Shown piece after piece: positions 60,846 to 64,000 of a DNA stretch of 64,000 bases; the first letter of the stretch is position 1; the number at the start of each line of letters is the position of its first letter. Position numbers and translations under genes: made by a program. A model generated the notes under the pieces. It was not told where the DNA came from, did no database searches, and saw nothing but the letters and a program-made list of their open reading frames with translations. The DNA is taken from assembly GCA_044867425.1 (NCBI GenBank), contig JBIOUX010000104.1, positions 211 to 64,210 of the forward strand, in the 5' to 3' direction. This stretch comes from Acidimicrobiia bacterium. Lineage in GTDB: Bacteria > Actinomycetota > Acidimicrobiia > IMCC26256 > BP-133.

Positions 60846-62161
60846 AGCCCATCCCGCCGTGGCTGGCCGAGGAACGGGGCGTCAGCCTGATCACCGCCCT
60901 CGTCATCACCCTGGCGGTGTTCGCCCTCGGAGGGGTGTGGACCGGGCTCGCCACCCACCAGGTCGGCCAGTCGGCCCGCGAGCGGCTGCGGGACCAGGCC
61001 CGCAACACCGCCGAGGCGGGTCTCAACGTGGCCATGAGCGGGCTCTCGGCCGACGCGGGCTACACGGGCTCGGCACTGACCGCCCTTCCCGGGGGAACAG
61101 GCGAATACGAGGTGACGGTGACCCCGCTCTCCTCGGACCCCAACGACAACCGGCGTTACATCCTCTCCACCGGATACGCACCGGCCAAGACGGCCCCCCG
61201 GCGGGTGACCCGGCGCCTGGAGCAGCAGATCGACCTGATCCCCACCAGCGGTTTCCGCTACGCCCTGCTCACCTCCCCGGGCGGGATCGCCGGGGCCAAC
61301 CGTATGACGGTCAATGGCGACGTCTACTCCGACGGCGATCTGACCCTGGCCAACAACGCCGCCATCTCCGGCAGTGTCACCTCGCTGGGAAGCGTCACCA
61401 CTTCGAACAACTCCACCATCGCCGGGGACATCCGGGCGGCGGGCAACGTGACGGTCAACAACGCCAGCACGACCGTGCTCGGCGATGTCTACTCGGGCGG
61501 GAATGTCTCCCTCACCGGCCGGGTCCGGGGCAACGTCCAGGCCGCCGGCACCATCACCGGCGGCACGGTGGACGGCAGCCGGGCCCAGTTCTCTCCTCCG
61601 CGCCCGCCCCAGCCCCAGCCCCTGCCCACCTTCACCTGGAACCCGGCCAACTACCCCTCCTCCCACGAGTGGAGCTCCCCGGGCGCCTTCCAGAGCCACT
61701 GGTCGGCCAACCAGGCGGCGTTCGGCGGCCACCACCGCATCCTCTGCCCGGCCCCCTGCACGGGCAGCGTCAACCTCGACGCCAAGTGGACCATGACCGG
61801 CGACGTGACCATCGCCTCGGACGCCCCGGTGACCCTGTCCCGGGAGGTGGCCAACGGCACCGCCGGAGCCCTCACGCTCACGGTCGTCTCCTTCTCCAGC
61901 GCCTCGCCGGCCATCCTCATGTCGAACAACATCAGCCTGCCCGACAGCATCCGGATCGCCCTTTTCGCCCCCAACGGGGCGGTCAGGTTCAGCAACCTGA
62001 AGAACTTCTCGGGCGCCGTCTACGCATCTTCGATGGTCCTCGACCAGCAGTTCACCCTGACCTTCGTCCCGGTCACCGTCCCCGGGTTCAGCTGGGACCT
62101 GGTCTCGTCCACCCAGTTCGTCATCCAGGCCCGCACCTTCCGGGAAGTGCCGGCGCCCTAG
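60830..62161 (+). CDS. PilX/TadG-like pilus protein with a beta-helix (bactofilin-like) repeat region
   Basis: ERGVSLITALVITLAVFALGGVW is an N-terminal anchor. Repeats: GDVYSDGDLTLANNAAISGSVTSLGSVTTSNNSTIAGDIRAAGNVTVNNAST... The start was trimmed to ATG 60830. Confidence 0.6.
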   Translation: MAGLLKPIPPWLAEERGVSLITALVITLAVFALGGVWTGLATHQVGQSARERLRDQARNTAEAGLNVAMSGLSADAGYTGSALTALPGGTGEYEVTVTPLSSDPNDNRRYILSTGYAPAKTAPRRVTRRLEQQIDLIPTSGFRYALLTSPGGIAGANRMTVNGDVYSDGDLTLANNAAISGSVTSLGSVTTSNNSTIAGDIRAAGNVTVNNASTTVLGDVYSGGNVSLTGRVRGNVQAAGTITGGTVDGSRAQFSPPRPPQPQPLPTFTWNPANYPSSHEWSSPGAFQSHWSANQAAFGGHHRILCPAPCTGSVNLDAKWTMTGDVTIASDAPVTLSREVANGTAGALTLTVVSFSSASPAILMSNNISLPDSIRIALFAPNGAVRFSNLKNFSGAVYASSMVLDQQFTLTFVPVTVPGFSWDLVSSTQFVIQARTFREVPAP

Positions 62162-62177
62162 CCAGAGAGGAATCAAC

Positions 62178-63854
62178 GTGCCTGTCCGTCCCCCCCTCGG
62201 CGCCGTGCTGGTCGCTGAGGGACTCGTCACCCAGGACCAGCTCGACGCCGCCCTCGCCGAGCAGGCCACCATCGGCAAGCCCCTCGGTGGGGTGCTGGTG
62301 GAGCGGGGCCAGCTCTCCGAGGTCGACCTGGCCCGAGCCCTGGCTCGTCAGCATTCGCTCGAGTTCGTCGACCTGGCGGACTACCCGGTCGACCGGGCCG
62401 CCATCGGGCTCGTCTCCGAGCCGGTGGCCCGCCGCTACCGGGCCCTCCCCATCGGATGGGCCGAGGGGCGCCTGGTAGTGGCCATGGCCGACCCCACCAA
62501 CGTCTTCGCCCTCGATGACATCCACACCCTGACCGGAGCGGAGGTCCAGGCCGCCGTGGTGGCCAAGGACCAGCTCCTGGAGGCCCTCGACCGCTTCCAC
62601 CGCCTCGAGGGCGAGGCCGGCGAGGTGGCCCAGATCGCCGCCGACGAGCTGACCGCGGCGGACGAGCTGGCCCAGACCCGGGACGTGGTGGAAGACGCCC
62701 CCATCGTCCGCCTGGTCAACCTCCTCATCACGCAGGCGGTGGCGGACCGGGCCTCGGACATCCATGTCGAGCCCGCCGAGACCGACCTGCGCATCCGCTT
62801 CCGGGTCGACGGGGTGCTCCACGAGGTCATGCGCTCCCCCCGGTCCATCCAGGCCGGAGTCATCAGCCGCCTGAAGATCATGTCCGAGATCAACATCGCC
62901 GAGCGCCGGGTGCCCCAGGACGGGCGGATGTCGCTCACCGTGGGGGGCAAGACGATCGACCTGCGGGTCGCCACCCTCCCCACCGTCCATGGCGAGAAGG
63001 TGGTCATGCGGATCCTCGACAAATCGCAGGCCCGCCTCGACCTGACCGACCTCGGCTTCCGACCCGAAGCTCTCCGCCGCTACGACGCCTGCTTCCGCAA
63101 GCCCTACGGCACCATCCTCGTGACCGGCCCGACCGGCTCCGGCAAGTCGACCACCCTCTACGCCACCCTCAACGTTCTGAACGAGGCGGACCGCAACATC
63201 ATCACGGTGGAGGACCCCGTCGAGTACCGCCTGCCCGGGGTCAACCAGGTCCAGGTGAATCCCCGGGCCGGGCTCACCTTCGCGGCCGCCCTGCGCGCCA
63301 TTCTCCGGGCCGACCCCGATGTGATCCTGGTGGGCGAGATCCGCGACCGGGAGACGGCGATCATCGCCATCGAGGCGGCCCTGACCGGCCACCTGGTGCT
63401 CTCCACCCTTCACACCAACGACGCCGCCTCCACTCCCATGCGGCTCATCGAGATGGGGGTGGAGCCGTTCCTCGTCACGAGCGCCCTCGACTGCGTCCTG
63501 GCCCAGCGCCTGGCCCGCCGCCTGTGCGACCGTTGCAAGGAGTCGTACCACCCGTCACCGGCTGAACTCCTGCAGGCGGACTGGCCGGCCGCCGAATTGG
63601 GGGAGCGGCCGGTGCTCTACCGGGCCGTGGGCTGTCCAGCCTGCTCTCGCACCGGGTACCGGGGCCGCCTGGCCATCCAGGAGGTCATGGTCCTCTCCGA
63701 GGAGATCGAGCGCATGATCGTCGAGCGCTATGCGTCCGACGACGTCAAGAAGACGGCCGTCAGCCAGGGCATGGCGACCCTGCGGGAGGACGGCCTGCGC
63801 AAGGTCGCCCAGGGCCTCACCAGCTTGGAGGAGGTGTTCCGTGTCGTGGCTTGA
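62178..63854 (+). CDS. pilB: Type II/IV secretion ATPase (PilB/GspE family) with tandem MshEN-type N-terminal motifs
   Basis: Walker A GPTGSGKSTT, Asp box, Walker B ILVGEIRD, His box LSTLHTND, and tetracysteine CDRC...CPAC. N-terminus LGAVLVAEGLVTQDQLDAALAEQ and LGGVLVERGQLSEVDLARALARQ. Confidence 0.9.
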   Translation: MPVRPPLGAVLVAEGLVTQDQLDAALAEQATIGKPLGGVLVERGQLSEVDLARALARQHSLEFVDLADYPVDRAAIGLVSEPVARRYRALPIGWAEGRLVVAMADPTNVFALDDIHTLTGAEVQAAVVAKDQLLEALDRFHRLEGEAGEVAQIAADELTAADELAQTRDVVEDAPIVRLVNLLITQAVADRASDIHVEPAETDLRIRFRVDGVLHEVMRSPRSIQAGVISRLKIMSEINIAERRVPQDGRMSLTVGGKTIDLRVATLPTVHGEKVVMRILDKSQARLDLTDLGFRPEALRRYDACFRKPYGTILVTGPTGSGKSTTLYATLNVLNEADRNIITVEDPVEYRLPGVNQVQVNPRAGLTFAAALRAILRADPDVILVGEIRDRETAIIAIEAALTGHLVLSTLHTNDAASTPMRLIEMGVEPFLVTSALDCVLAQRLARRLCDRCKESYHPSPAELLQADWPAAELGERPVLYRAVGCPACSRTGYRGRLAIQEVMVLSEEIERMIVERYASDDVKKTAVSQGMATLREDGLRKVAQGLTSLEEVFRVVA

Positions 63855-63897
63855 TGCGGGGCACGATCCGCACCCACCCACGATGGGAGACCGTCCA

Positions 63898-64000
63898 TGA
63901 GCCGAACGCTGCTGAACCACTCCCGCCGCCTCGGGGACTTCCTCGTCGAACGCCACGTGCTTTCCCGCGACGCCCTGGAAGAGGCGCTGGAGGAAGAGGC
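63898..64000 (+). CDS. Second protein beginning with a T2SSE_N/MshEN-type motif (5-prime part only; runs off the right edge)
   Basis: ATG 63898 lies 7 nt after GGGAGA. My translation: MSRTLLNHSRRLGDFLVERHVLSRDALEEALEEE. Confidence 0.55.

Noticed and set aside
1-64000. Window-wide look for CRISPR arrays, rRNA, IS elements, transposases, integrases, toxin-antitoxin pairs or known defence-system genes
   Set aside because: I found no regularly spaced repeats, no rRNA-like stretches, and no DDE, tyrosine- or serine-recombinase motifs in any credible frame. The only mobility hint is the tRNA fragment and direct repeat reported above.

Overview
High-GC actinobacterial-type chromosomal window. Hand-counted 60-nt lines are about 78% G+C in typical genes. 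Both strands are densely coding, and many neighbouring genes share 4-nt start/stop overlaps. Many of the longest ORFs in the supplied track (for example the 1440-aa, 1274-aa and 1250-aa ones) are Arg/Pro/Gly-rich shadow frames of real genes and were not called. I support about 60 genes.

Five regions stand out:
(1) 449-17067: a tailoring island bracketed by two copies of a 20-bp palindrome. It holds a ParB/HTH regulator, two small ORFs, an M16 peptidase pair, an MFS exporter, methyltransferases, a low-GC gene with a radical-SAM-like fold but no N-terminal Cys triad, Tmk-like and Cmk-GT2 fusion kinases, a SunS-like GT2-TPR, a nucleotidyltransferase, a GNAT, and a DUF402-LLM pair. No scaffold synthase is present.
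(2) 22577-28013: a copper module, made of a double-cupredoxin lipoprotein plus a 1421-aa multicopper-oxidase-like protein.
(3) 37303-42222: a sulfur/selenium-type operon pair. Its ArsM-like methyltransferase is interrupted by an in-frame TGA exactly at the conserved Cys position, and a SECIS-like hairpin follows. I call it a candidate selenoprotein.
(4) 34030-36470 and 57991-58448: gene-decay zones. They contain a nucleoside hydrolase pseudogene, a LuxR fragment, an internally deleted methyltransferase, and a tRNA 3-prime fragment with an 11-nt direct repeat.
(5) 58621-64000: a type IV pilus-like locus (three pilin-like genes, a PilB ATPase and a second MshEN-domain gene). A GGDEF-EAL gene flanked by two SARP/AfsR-type regulators lies just upstream.

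No CRISPR array, rRNA, transposase or integrase was seen. All functional calls come from motifs read in the translations. No database search was run.
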